Source: Craspedostauros australis (Eukaryota). From it: a stretch of 33,507 bases of DNA. The first letter of the stretch is position 1, and every line of letters begins with the position of its first letter. Below, one piece after another: positions 1 to 11,024 of the stretch. Below the pieces are notes generated by a model. That model had not been told where the DNA came from and did no database searches. It saw only the letters and a list, made by a program, of their open reading frames with translations. The DNA is taken from assembly GCA_030167865.1 (NCBI GenBank), contig JALAGF010005889.1:1-33507 (forward strand), given 5' to 3'. The translations under genes were made by a program, and so were the position numbers.

Positions 1-2135
1 GCATGGTGGAGCAGCAGCGCGCAGCAGCAACCAACATTGACAACACCACCTTCTCAATCTCGGACATGCCACAAGCCCCCACTGCTGGGTTTGTCCATCG
101 TCGCGAGAATGACAATGTGCTGAGCCGAAACGATTCTGTACACCAACGAATGGATGGTGTTCCAAGATCTGTCACAACAGGAGTTCATTCAGCTGCTGTC
201 TCTGAGGATGGACTTGCATCAACAGTGCATGCATGAGCCCCAACCAAGTTCATGTTGCAAGAGGATGCTCGCTCAACAACACACCAGGCAGTGAAAAGCG
301 CACAATGGGCAACAAATGAGCACCAACCAAGACACACACACACATCAACAACAACACCCACAAACAAACAGAACCAAGTCAGTGCGCTGCTAGAATAAGC
401 CAACACCGATAGTAGCAACAGTAACGAACACAACAAACCTGACTTGCCACAGTCGCGATCCGACCACCAAATGGATTGCCGTTGTCGATTTACTCGACTG
501 TGACGAAACGTTGATAATTCGTGACCTAAATACAAACTATTTTATTTTGTAACTTTTACGATGACTCCCAGGGAGAGAGAGAGGACTTGAATGGAGTTGA
601 AGTGAATTGGAAAGAGAACGAAGGAAGGCGACGCAACAGAGGCTCCGCAAGGTGGAACAAACACAAGGCATGGAACGGCATGGGCAGATGCGGAATGAGT
701 AACACGAACGCACCTGTCCAACAGCTGCGCATTTGGTGACCGACTCCGATCCTCCGCATGGATGCCTTGTGCCCTTTCCGCTGTCTTTGTTGGACGGTTG
801 ATGTAATCCCCAATGATACTATTCAGCCCACAACCAACCATGCAGGTGAGAGAACAACGGAGTGGAACTGAACCTTTCGTGGGATTTGGGTGGTTGAAGA
901 TGTCCGGCGAGATCCTCGACGGTGGAAGGATTGACCGAGATTCGCCTCGAGGATGTTCTTCGGCAGTTCTCTTTTTGTTGCGCGCGAGCGTGCGCGTGAT
1001 CGCTGCCCGTATTCTCGTTTTGTTCCTGGATGCAAACTGTGGTACCAAGAGTGCACGTCCACAAATCGGGTTCTCATCGGCATCACTAACAGCAGATGCC
1101 GACGGCTGGTGGTCGGACTGTCACGACAACCACGCATCCTTCCATCATGTCAGCTGGTTGTTTCGAGTGGAAGTGCGCATGTTGTGAGTTTCGTGCGGTC
1201 TTGGAGAACTTCGCGGAATGCTCGTTGACATCACCTGTAAGCCAATCATATATCCCCGAAGCAGAATGACGAAGTTCGGCGTCAAGCTTGCACAAACGTG
1301 AGGAAAGGGGAGCAGACAACTGCCGAAACTGCAACTAAAGCCGCTGCTGGTTCGAAATCAAGAAGCGCGCGATGGGAATTGCCAATGCCGCGCAAGAGTT
1401 GAGTGGTTGTTGGCGTCCTGCGTCATGACATTTGTGATGCCTCCTTCTGTGTCGATCCACAGCATTCATCCATCATGCCCACACATGTGGGCACGATCGA
1501 TGCAAAGTCAACGCCGACAGCACCAACAGCGGCGCGGAAAGCGACCGGCTGCGGAGGAGGAAGATTGATGGCGGCAGAAGAAACTCACAAAACGCAACGA
1601 CCGCCTCAACGACAACGAGAGCGCCGATTTGCGTGAGAGAGAGACACAAGAGAAGAACAAAGAACAACATCACCAACACAACAGAGAGAAAACCATCGCC
1701 ACCTTCCACAACACACCCAGCGCCACGAGCAGCCGGAGAGCAGAAGAAACATAAAAGCGGCACACGATCGATTCAACCAAGAGGGAAGGTAAGCAACGCA
1801 TCGCACAGAAGCAATGGCGGTGATGGCAACAATGGCAGAGACGAGGAAGGAATAGATGAATAATGTCGGTGTGATGGCATCATTGTCGCCAACAAGCAAT
1901 CGCCAGCACCGTGAAAGCACAAGAAGCCGCTGCCTCTGTTTGTGTACGACCTACCATTCCATTCTCTTTGATACCATACTCACCTTATCACGCTCGTATC
2001 ACATATAATAAAAGTGCAGGGTGACGAACTCTTGAAACACAAGACGACAAGCACACAAGTGAAGCGCACAGAACACATCACAAAAACACATCACGACAAG
2101 ACAACACAAGACAACACAAGACACAACACGGATTC

Positions 2136-5100
2136 ATGTGGAATTCCGCTGGAACAAGCGGGGACACGGGCCGAACGGGAACCGGAAACGTCCAGTTCAA
2201 CGAGATCACGCCGCTCGTGGGTGCCAGCAACTCCCCAGGCTCATCGGGAAAGCCGTTGGCAAAGGCAGGTGCGACTGGCTCCACCAACTCGTTGGCATCG
2301 TCCTTCACGGACATGCACGAAGAGATCAACGAGATGCTGCAAACGGACGGCATCGTCAAGGATGTCCCCAAGCCCGCATCCCGCCGGTTCGCAAAGTGCG
2401 CCATTCTTCTCTTGAGCTTGGCGACCATCTCCATCTTCCTCACTTTCCTCGTGACGTCTTCGATACGTGGCGAGGGTGGCGGATCAGACGAAACCGACAC
2501 CGGCAACAAGCACCGCCATCAGCGCAATCCTCAGCTCGATGCATTCCCTCCTTTCAGCACCAAGGATCCCATCATCGATCTGGCCATCCGTCCGTACAAC
2601 AGATCCACCGACTCCTCACCGGCCGACTCCATCCATCAGCTGCAATACCTCGACGATGGAACCTTCTCGCAGGCGGTGCCGACCAACGCGTGGTACCAAA
2701 ACATGCTGATGGCGTACGGTGAGCCAAGCGCGGCGCACCGTGCCTACACCTGCCCCTACATCATCGACACCGTCGGACAGGTGCCTGGACTTCGCGTGCA
2801 CAACGCCTACATCGATGCATTCGACAGCGTCATCCAAGCATCCTTCAACGAGCTTCATGCTGTCACCTTGGGAGCCGCACATCAGGAATGGGATAATGAC
2901 GACCCGCCCAGCGACATGTCCCACGCCTACAACGTGACTCATGCCACCGACCTTGGATTTTCGCTTGAATGGGTACGTACAGTTGCGCTCTTCACGCATG
3001 CGTGTGTTCCAATTTTCTGCCTTCGTCGTGCCATATTGTTGGCATCCTTGATGAAAGCACAACCAGCCACTTGCATGTCACACTCACACTCATTTTACTT
3101 CGTCGTCATCGTCGTGGTTATGTTCATCACCCCCGCCCTCTCCCAAAACACAAAAAAATGAATTGAATTCTGCAGAAGGAATACGGCATGACAGCACCGG
3201 TGGTGCGTGGTATGCCATACACCACAGTGATTTACGATCACGACCATCTCGCTTCCAAGACATTCCCAACACTCGTCACTGGCGTTGCCATGCTGTCGGC
3301 ACCGGTCATCGACCAGGCCACCGAGATGCAATGCTCCGGCAACAACCCCGAGGCCTTCCAAGTCGACAAAGAAATCGAGCTCAAGTTCGTGCAGAGCGAC
3401 ATGACCTGGCTCATGTTCTTCTCTGAACCCGTCCTCGTCAAGTGCCACGCAACCCTCAAGGAAGGCAACAGCGTCCTCCAAGTCGTCGGCAAGGCATCCT
3501 CAGCACCTCTCGTCGTTCGATTCGCACTTTCCACACCATGCACGGACCATCGCAATCCAAACACGTGCAGGACCGGCACTTACGAAGACCTCGCAGAAGT
3601 TTTGAGAGCGCACGCCGACATTTATCCAGGAAGCCAGACCTCCGTGCGTTATTCTTTCGACAACGACAGCGACGACGACAATGCCGCCAACATCTACCTC
3701 GATTGGGATGCGCAGTCCATGTCCAACAAGGGCTTCGCAGACGACAGCGCCATCCAAGTGAAGCAGCAGGATACTTCCAGAAGCGATGAGATGCTCATGT
3801 TTGCGCTTCCGCATCACCATGACAACCTCGTCGAACCAGCCTTCGAAGCTGACGAGAACCACCTTTGCCGACCAAGCATGCTGGGACCCACGTGCCTCGT
3901 GTCTGGCAACGTCTGGAACATCCGCGAGGAATTGCCCAAGCTGAGCTTCCGCGCTCCTCGGGCACCAACCCCCGCGTCCATCCGCCTCATCGGCAAGGCC
4001 CTGCTGACCGATATCGACTTTGAACTTCCGGAATTCTTCATGAGAGGAGCAGGCGACACCTACTTCTCTGGCAAGATGCTCGCCAAGCTCGCCCGCATCC
4101 TCTTGGTCCACGAGGAGGTCGACGAAATCTGCAAGCACCACCACAAGCTCCGCTCCGACAACCTCTTCGCCGTGCCATGTCACAACACCACCCTCCCATC
4201 GCGCAAAAAGGTCCGCGCGGCCTTCGACAGACTCAAGCATGGAACGCAGGCCTGGATCAATGGAACTGCCGAGACCCCATTCGTGTACGACGTCCAATGG
4301 GGTGGCTTCTCAAGCTGCGGGTGCATGTTCCGCGATGGCAAGTGCCAAGACACGGGCGATGCCTGCCCCGGATTTACGGACCATGGTCTCAACTTCGGCA
4401 ACGCATTCTACAATGACCAGCACTTCCATTACGGATACCACATCTACGCGGCATCCGTCGTCGCCCACTTTGACCCTGCGTGGGGACGTGCCCATTGGGA
4501 GCAGGTGCTCTTGATGATCCGAAGTATCGCCAACCCATCGACGGATGATCCCATGTTCCCTCTCCACCGTCACAAGGATTGGTACCAAGGCAGTTCGTGG
4601 GCGAGCGGCATTCCACGACCACCGTACCCCAACGGCAAGAACCAAGAATCGTCCAGCGAGGCCATCGCAGGGTACGAAGCCGTTGGTCTGTTCGGGCAGG
4701 TCATGAGAAAGGCTTGGCACAAGAAGGACAACGAGAAGGAGGCAATCTCCACGAACATCATGAATGTCGGAAGGTTGCTCACCGCCACGGAGGTCCGATC
4801 CGCCCAACGCTACTGGCACGTCGTCCAGAACGACGAAGCACTTCGCATCTACCCGAAGCAATACACCCACAAGGTCGTTGGCATTGTTTGGAGCACCATG
4901 GCACAGTTTGGTACCTGGTTTGGAAATGCCGGATACCTTCCATACGGAATCCAACTCCTCCCGCTCACCTCGATCTCAGAACAACGCGACAACCTCCAAT
5001 GGGTGAACGAAATGTACGATCCGCTCTCCCGCGCATGCGGCAAGGACTTCAAGTGCACCCTGGATGGCTGGTCCTTCCTGTCCCTCGCCATGCTGGCGAC

Positions 5101-5965
5101 AGTCGGCCACAGAGACACCGCCATGGTCAGCCTCAACGAATTGCCCGCTGAGGCGTATGAGAGCGCAGGAGGCAACGGCCATTCGAAGACGAACACTCTC
5201 TGGTACATCGCGACGCGTCCCAAGGTCGGCAAGCCGGTGAAGATGACGGAGTACGACATCCGCGGCCAAGGCGAGAAACGCCCCGCACCCTCCTTCGTGC
5301 TGACGGACTGCTACAGACCGGGGACGTGCACAGACGAAGTTCTCGACAAGAGCGCAGGCAAGTACACATGCCGGGAGCGCATGCAATTCCTCATCGACGA
5401 CCTCCACAATTCGCAATGGGGTGCTTGTGCCACCGTGGCTGGCATCGAATTCCCGAACGAATGTGGCCATTGCGATCCCAGCCTGGAGGATGGCAAGACT
5501 CAGCATGCCAACAAGACCGACACAGGACCAGATGGCGAGCCTGACTTTGATAACGACAGCAAGATGTGCCCACCGTGCTCGAAGGAGCAATGCAGCAGCG
5601 ACTTGAATCGCTGTCCGGCATCCGAACACGTCTTCGTCTGCACGGAGGGATCCAACACGGGCGGCTGCTCCGGGCATCCGTGGCCAACGGACCAAGGCAA
5701 CTGCAACGCGTGCTGCGAGATGACGGAGTGCTACAAGTGGAAGGACGAGGAGGCCGGCAAGGTGGGCCTCGACTTCGATCTGTCGCACTGCCCTCCCTGC
5801 GAAAAGTCCATCTGCTACGGAAACCTCAACCAATGTCCCATCCACGACGCTCCATTCTTGTGCATGGAGGGTACCAGCATCGGAGGTTGCTCTTCGGTAC
5901 CGTGGGACGTGACTTCAGTCGGCGCGGACTGCGCCTCCTGCTGCCAGGTCACGATCGATTGCTAA
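2136..5965 (+). CDS. Type II membrane-anchored endo-1,3-beta-glucanase, glycoside hydrolase family 81, with C-terminal Cys-rich modules; exons 2136-2972 and 3176-5965 (~1208 aa)
   Basis: GH81 motifs VPTNAWYQN, GDTYFSGKMLAKLARI, NFGNAFYNDQHFHYGYHIYAA, RHKDWYQGSSWASG, NQESSSEAI and YGIQLLP. N-terminal hydrophobic anchor (CAILLLSLATISIFLTFLV) is preceded by basic residues. Splicing joins ...FSLEW|KEYGMTAPVVRGMPY in frame. Confidence 0.93.
2973..3175 (+). other. Spliceosomal intron (phase 0) of the GH81 gene
   Basis: GTACGT donor at 2973, TGCAG acceptor ending 3175; removal fuses ORFs 2136.. and 3188.. in frame; CTCAC branch candidate at 3083-3087. Confidence 0.9.
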
Positions 5966-6483
5966 GCGTCACGCGATGGTAGCACAGCCGCGCATCAGCA
6001 ACGCGACACAACGCCAGCAGCACCACAACCATGATCTCTCTAGAGATATCGCCAAGAATGCTGCTGACTCTTCAGCACAAGAGGCGATTCTCAGGAGGAA
6101 TACATACGATCACAACAGGAGCACCAGTATGGTATCATACCGTACAAACGAGTATGATACCATCTAATCCTACGAACATGCACACAATGGCACAAAGACA
6201 ACACAGAAGCGAAAGGCATCCGCAGAGATGCCGTGTACGCATACCATGCATACATACGACCAATACATGAAAAGAAAAAGCCAAGAGAGTGCGGATGGCA
6301 AAAGCCCGAAGCACTGGATTCAAACAAAAATAAAAATGAAATAGAGACTTACGAAACACCCACGAAAGGTATTGATTGGTGTGGATGCTTGTGGCCACAC
6401 AGATGAGATGAAGTGCAATCGAGGGCGCGGCCACCATGAGGAATGGCGGAACTAGCAGCGACGCCTCCGCATACAGGTCCGCT

Positions 6484-7119
6484 TCACTTGGAGGCAATGG
6501 AAAACCAGAGTAGATCGCTGATGGGGAAACCACCCTCTTCGACGGCGACGCCCTGCCTTGGACCATCCACAAGGACGGAGATGACGCCACCGCCCGACTT
6601 GCCACCCACAGCGACCCCTAACGCCGAGGCTGTGTCGGCGATCAGCTTTCCATCTGCCGCGACGCCCTTGGACTTGACGGGTCCCACCAAGAGCACGTCA
6701 CTCGCCGACATGGCCTTGGCCTGGGACGCGACACCATCGATGCCGTCAAAGGCATCCATCACGACCACATTGCCGGGCGTCACGCCGGGCCCCTGCCCCG
6801 CCTTGCGTTGCTGCGTCAGCTCGATCACATCGGCCGTCGTATCGCCCAGCAGGTACACGACCTTGGCATTCGTGAAGTACCGCGTCGCATCGTTCTCGCG
6901 GATGGGCTTGATGGCACTGGACGATGTGATGAAGGTGTGTGCCAACGGTGTGACCTTGATGTCGGCGGCAGCAGCAACGGCGTGCGGCATCAGCACGAGC
7001 GATGCCGCGGTGCGGGCCAAGAAGGTGCGGCGCGACGGCGGATGCTTGGCATTGGGCTGGTATGCAGCTGCCGGATTGCAGGCGCAGAGAATGAGGTAGA
7101 GTGGTGAGATCAAGCGCAT
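6484..7119 (-). CDS. Putative thylakoid-lumen protein of unknown function with tripartite presequence (signal peptide, short transit peptide, twin-arginine signal); alternative ATG at 7125
   Basis: MRLISPLYLILCACNPAAA|YQP signal with aromatic +1 residue, then SRRTFL Tat motif, hydrophobic stretch and AAA cleavage site; gene-like GC3-rich codon usage; (AAC)n leader upstream. Confidence 0.8.
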   Translation of the reverse strand: MRLISPLYLILCACNPAAAYQPNAKHPPSRRTFLARTAASLVLMPHAVAAAADIKVTPLAHTFITSSSAIKPIRENDATRYFTNAKVVYLLGDTTADVIELTQQRKAGQGPGVTPGNVVVMDAFDGIDGVASQAKAMSASDVLLVGPVKSKGVAADGKLIADTASALGVAVGGKSGGGVISVLVDGPRQGVAVEEGGFPISDLLWFSIASK

Positions 7120-7149
7120 GTTCATGATGGTGGTGGTGATAATAATGAG

Positions 7150-7150
<1 letters not shown>

Positions 7151-7180
<30 letters not shown>
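7151..7180. repeat. (GTT)10 microsatellite in the 5' leader of the lumen-protein gene
   Basis: Directly visible. Confidence 0.95.
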
Positions 7181-7261
7181 GATTGCAGCAACTGTGGCAG
7201 TTGTGATGTGATGCGACGTGATGTGATGTGATGGAGGAAAGATCTCTGGGAGGACAGTCAC

Positions 7262-7364
7262 AAGATCGCAACAGTGACGATGATTGGCATCAGAATTTTC
7301 GTATCTTTTGGTTGATGTTGCTGACGTCACACATCAACAGAAGAATCTGACAAGAGGCGATCTT
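7262..7364. promoter_or_regulatory. Candidate cis-elements in the divergent promoter: AAGATCGC (7262, inverted copy at 7357), CCAAT box on the minus strand (7281-7287), TGACGTCA (7322-7329)
   Basis: Motifs are visible and the same set recurs at 10489-10629; function is inferred only. Confidence 0.4.
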
Positions 7365-7598
7365 GAGCCAACTCGTCCCACACAAACATGAACAGGACCA
7401 TGCAACCAGCCGCAAACATGGAGGCTCATCGACACCTTCATTCATTCTTTGTTCCGCACAAGTGGCATTGCTAGGAATCTCTCTCTCTAGAGCAATAGAA
7501 TAGCGATCGCAATCATTCCTCTAGTACAGCGGAACCAGCACATTCGTACGAGGAGGAGCGCGACTCAGCCTCAAGCTCACGATGACCGGAGAGCCAAC

Positions 7599-9233
7599 AT
7601 GAGAGCCTCCAACCAACACGTCAATACAGCAACGGCGATGCAGTTCGATGAAGGCTTGTCAAGGACGGGTCTCGCTTGGGCATTGAGCGCGCCGTTGATC
7701 GGCGGGCTGCTGTTCGGCTATGATATCGGTGTCATTTCGTACATCCTGGCGCAATGGACGTCAACGTCAACGAACGATGACATTCGATGGATCCGTTGGA
7801 TATCCGATTCGCCCTTCCTGCAGGGTGCCATGGTGTCCTCGTCCTCCTTCGGGGCGTTGCTGGGCAGCATGGTACTGTTCGTCATTGCGGACACCATCGG
7901 CCGTCGCAAGGAATTGCAGTGGTCGGCGTTGTGCTACGGTTGCGGAGCCATGCTGCAGCTCGTTCCACTTGGCATGGCCCATTGGAAGGTGCCGGGCATC
8001 CTGCTCTTCCTCATCGGTCGGATCGTCTTGGGCGTCGGCATCGGATTCGCGTTGCACGGCGGTCCTGCCTATTTGGGAGAGATGTCGCCGCCATCCATGC
8101 GCGGTGCGTTGGTGACCATCATGGAAGCCTGCATCGTGCTGGGTCTGCTGTTCGGGTACATTGTGGGCGATGCCATGTCGACGACGCGCACCAACGAATT
8201 GCTGATCGCCATGCCGTGCGTCATTGCCCCGGCGCTGCTCATGGGATACGTCGCGACGCGCATCGTCCCTGAAAGTGCGCGATGGCAATTGTTGCAAACA
8301 CCAGCCGATCGTGACGCCATCGTGCAATCGATCCGGTTCCTGTATCCGCATCATGCGGAGAGGGTATTCGCAACGTTGCAGCAATCGGTGCGCAATAACG
8401 ATCGGCGTTTGTCCGAATCGCCGCTGTCACTGTCGGCTATCGTGCACAAACTGGAAATGCTTGTGAAGCCCGCGCATCGCCGTCCTCTCGTCGCCGGGGC
8501 TGGTCTGGCAATGTTGCAACAGCTGACGGGGCAACCTTCGATTCTCAGTTTCGTGGCGCCGATCCTTTCCACCGTTGGATTATCCGATCATTTCAGCGTC
8601 GCCATCGGGATCTTCAAGTTGGTCGTCACGTTGATCATGGCCCGGTTGGTGGAAACTACAGGACGTCGACCACTACTGGTGGTTGGACTTGGCCTCATGC
8701 TGATCTCGTTGCTCGGCATGATGGTGTTGGCAGCCGAGACGCAAGAACCCATGTATACCCTGATCTTCCTACTGATCTATATGCTGGGATACCAGATGGG
8801 CATAGGCCCCATCACAATGATCGTGAACAGCGAGATCTTCCCATCGGCCATGCGTGCCACGGGCATCGCCACGAGCTCGCAGCTCAGCTTTCTGTCGCAT
8901 GCCATGGTGCAGTTTCTGTATCCACCCATCGTGGATTGGTTCGGATTGTCGACGGCATTTGGAGGCTTCGCTTGCTTTGCGGCGATCGGCATCTGGTTCG
9001 TGTATCGCTGCATCCCGGAAACGCAAGGGCGGTCGTTGGAAGCGATCGAACGGGAGATGCGGGGAAGTGACGAAGCAGCGACGGACGGAAACGACGATGG
9101 ACAGCGAACGAGACGAGGGCAAACAGGTGATGTGGAAACACCAAACGAGGACGTGGAACAGTGCGCGGATGAGATGGGAACGTCCCACATCGAAGATGAA
9201 TATCGCTCCTTGATCTCAGGAGGCAGTTCATGA
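7599..9233 (+). CDS. MFS sugar porter, vacuolar glucose transporter (VGT)/D-xylose-proton symporter-like
   Basis: Sugar-porter signatures GGLLFGYDIG, DTIGRR, YLGEMSPPSMRG, PESARW, QQLTGQPSIL (VGT-type GQPS), GRRPLL, SEIFP and PETQGRSLEAIE; about 12 hydrophobic segments; intronless. Confidence 0.93.
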   Translation: MRASNQHVNTATAMQFDEGLSRTGLAWALSAPLIGGLLFGYDIGVISYILAQWTSTSTNDDIRWIRWISDSPFLQGAMVSSSSFGALLGSMVLFVIADTIGRRKELQWSALCYGCGAMLQLVPLGMAHWKVPGILLFLIGRIVLGVGIGFALHGGPAYLGEMSPPSMRGALVTIMEACIVLGLLFGYIVGDAMSTTRTNELLIAMPCVIAPALLMGYVATRIVPESARWQLLQTPADRDAIVQSIRFLYPHHAERVFATLQQSVRNNDRRLSESPLSLSAIVHKLEMLVKPAHRRPLVAGAGLAMLQQLTGQPSILSFVAPILSTVGLSDHFSVAIGIFKLVVTLIMARLVETTGRRPLLVVGLGLMLISLLGMMVLAAETQEPMYTLIFLLIYMLGYQMGIGPITMIVNSEIFPSAMRATGIATSSQLSFLSHAMVQFLYPPIVDWFGLSTAFGGFACFAAIGIWFVYRCIPETQGRSLEAIEREMRGSDEAATDGNDDGQRTRRGQTGDVETPNEDVEQCADEMGTSHIEDEYRSLISGGSS

Positions 9234-9981
9234 ATGTGATATTGGCATGTGCATGGCGATGCTCTGGAGAGAGAGAGAAATGCTGTGTCTGATGAGAAGC
9301 ATCAGAACTGCAGGTATTCGGTACCTCCGTCTTGCCAACTTAAGAAATACAAATATACTCTCTAGACTTTGTCTTTGATGTTAACGTTCCATGCGATGCA
9401 GTCTATTGGGTGTATCCGGCGGTCGCATTTCGATAGCGTTGTGCTCGATTTTGCTGAATCAGTATTGTGCCATCGGTCGTACCGAACATTTTCCAGAGCG
9501 CAGAACGATGTGGTCCAATCGATACCATGCTTTTTTTTTCGAGAACCGTCGACGTTTCCCGATTGTGATAATCTCTGTGCTCACACGAGAGCTCATGAAG
9601 AGCTTGAGATCGGACATGCACTTCCATTCATACGTATTGGATGTCATGGCATTTGCTTTTGCGTCTTTGCGTATCTCCGCTTTCCCTTTCGCTTCGTTCA
9701 ATGGTCACAAGTGGTCTTTCCATCACCGCCCGTATCATCTTGCGAATGGTTATTACATCGTCGTCGTCGTCATCATCTCTCGTTCATTCATCTTGATCGA
9801 CGTCTTCTGTACTGGTAGGATGAATCCATGTCGAAATCGAAATACTTCCATACTTGGCATCAACTAGCTGTTCATCTCCCGCAATAGGCAAATGTGGAGA
9901 GAATAGAATTCTCACCACCCACCCACCCACTCACATCAACTCAATTCAGCTCAACGCCACGCGGCCCAACGTCTTCACTCT

Positions 9982-10326
9982 CTATTCATCATCCTCAACC
10001 TGCGGGCTGGCGTAGGAGATGATGAGGTAGGCGACGAGCCCGGCAATGCTCAAGGCGGCGACGATGGGGACGAGAAGGATGATCGGCGTGCCGATGAGTC
10101 CACCCAGGATGTCCGACAATATCGTCGATGGATCGAGCGTGGAGACGGCAACGTCGATGGACGAGCTGGGCACGAAGGCCGGTCGCGACAGCAGTGATGG
10201 TTCGCTCGTGACGTAGTTGGCGGTGGCGAAGGTCTGCATTGGCACGAACGCGTTGGCGGCGCTGATGAGGCAGAGACCGACGACGGTGGCGACGATCATG
10301 GCTCTTGTGCTGATTGTGGTGGTCAT
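9982..10326 (-). CDS. Small plastid-targeted membrane protein of unknown function (alternative ATG at 10299)
   Basis: Signal peptide ending ANA|FVP (ASA-FAP consensus), Ser/Thr-rich transit peptide, one long hydrophobic helix and an acidic C-terminus (PQVEDDE). Confidence 0.82.
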   Translation of the reverse strand: MTTTISTRAMIVATVVGLCLISAANAFVPMQTFATANYVTSEPSLLSRPAFVPSSSIDVAVSTLDPSTILSDILGGLIGTPIILLVPIVAALSIAGLVAYLIISYASPQVEDDE

Positions 10327-10488
10327 CTTTGCAAGGTTGTGTTTGTTTTAGTGTTGTACGAGTATTGTGTGAAAGTCGAAGTCGGATGTGATGCTGATTG
10401 CAATTGTGATTGTGTTCGATTGGACAATGTGACAGAGCAGAGTGTTGCAGTTCAGCGCTGCGCTGTCTCCGCAGATACCCGGATTGCG

Positions 10489-10629
10489 GAGATCGCTGGG
10501 CTGCCAACGCAACATCGCGATCTTCATGCTCGTTGCGAAGAGAAGACGTGTCAACTACGCCATTTCCCGTTTCGATCTCGTTTTCGCGATCTTTCGTTTG
10601 CGTTCTCGAAATGACGTCAGATTGATTGG
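10489..10629. promoter_or_regulatory. Candidate cis-elements upstream of the small plastid protein gene: GAGATCGC/GCGATCTT x3, TGACGTCA (10612-10619), CCAAT box on the minus strand (10623-10629)
   Basis: Motifs are visible; same set as 7262-7364. Confidence 0.4.
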
Positions 10630-10998
10630 GATCGTGCTGGTCGACGATTGGAATCTTGTAGACATGACACTGAATCTAGAAAGATGCAGTCGGAGAGAGC
10701 CCGAAAACATCATGACAAATGTTGGGGAGGACGTTGGGTTACGTCAAGGACTTTCTGTTCGCAATACGCTTTCGTTGGCTTCTCTGTCGCGGAGGAGGAA
10801 GGGTTGCTCTGTTGACCATGATGGTGGTCGGGAGGGGTCGAGCGCAGAAAGGGCAACAAGGAGACGCGCTGCCATACTACTATACACGTACTCGCACTGT
10901 TGCTGGAAAAGGCAGAATGGAGAAGAGTGGCAGACTGTGTGAATCGTGGAGTGCATTGGAGGACTTTATTGGTCTGTGCTTTCTGCGCAATGATCTTG

Positions 10999-11024
10999 CT
11001 CTCTCTCTCTCTCTCTCTCTCTCT
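10999..11024. repeat. (CT)13 microsatellite
   Basis: Directly visible. Confidence 0.95.

Noticed and set aside
3500..5845. Long antisense ORFs opposite GH81 (and likewise opposite the bZIP, ALDH and J-protein genes)
   Set aside because: Expected shadows of GC3-rich coding sequence; no independent motifs.
7126..7191. Poly-Thr N-terminal extension of the lumen protein
   Set aside because: Translation of the (AAC)n leader from a TTG; it would displace the signal peptide.
9369..9867. Overlapping ~150-aa ORFs between the transporter and the small plastid gene
   Set aside because: AT-richer, no motifs, non-gene-like codon usage; treated as intergenic.
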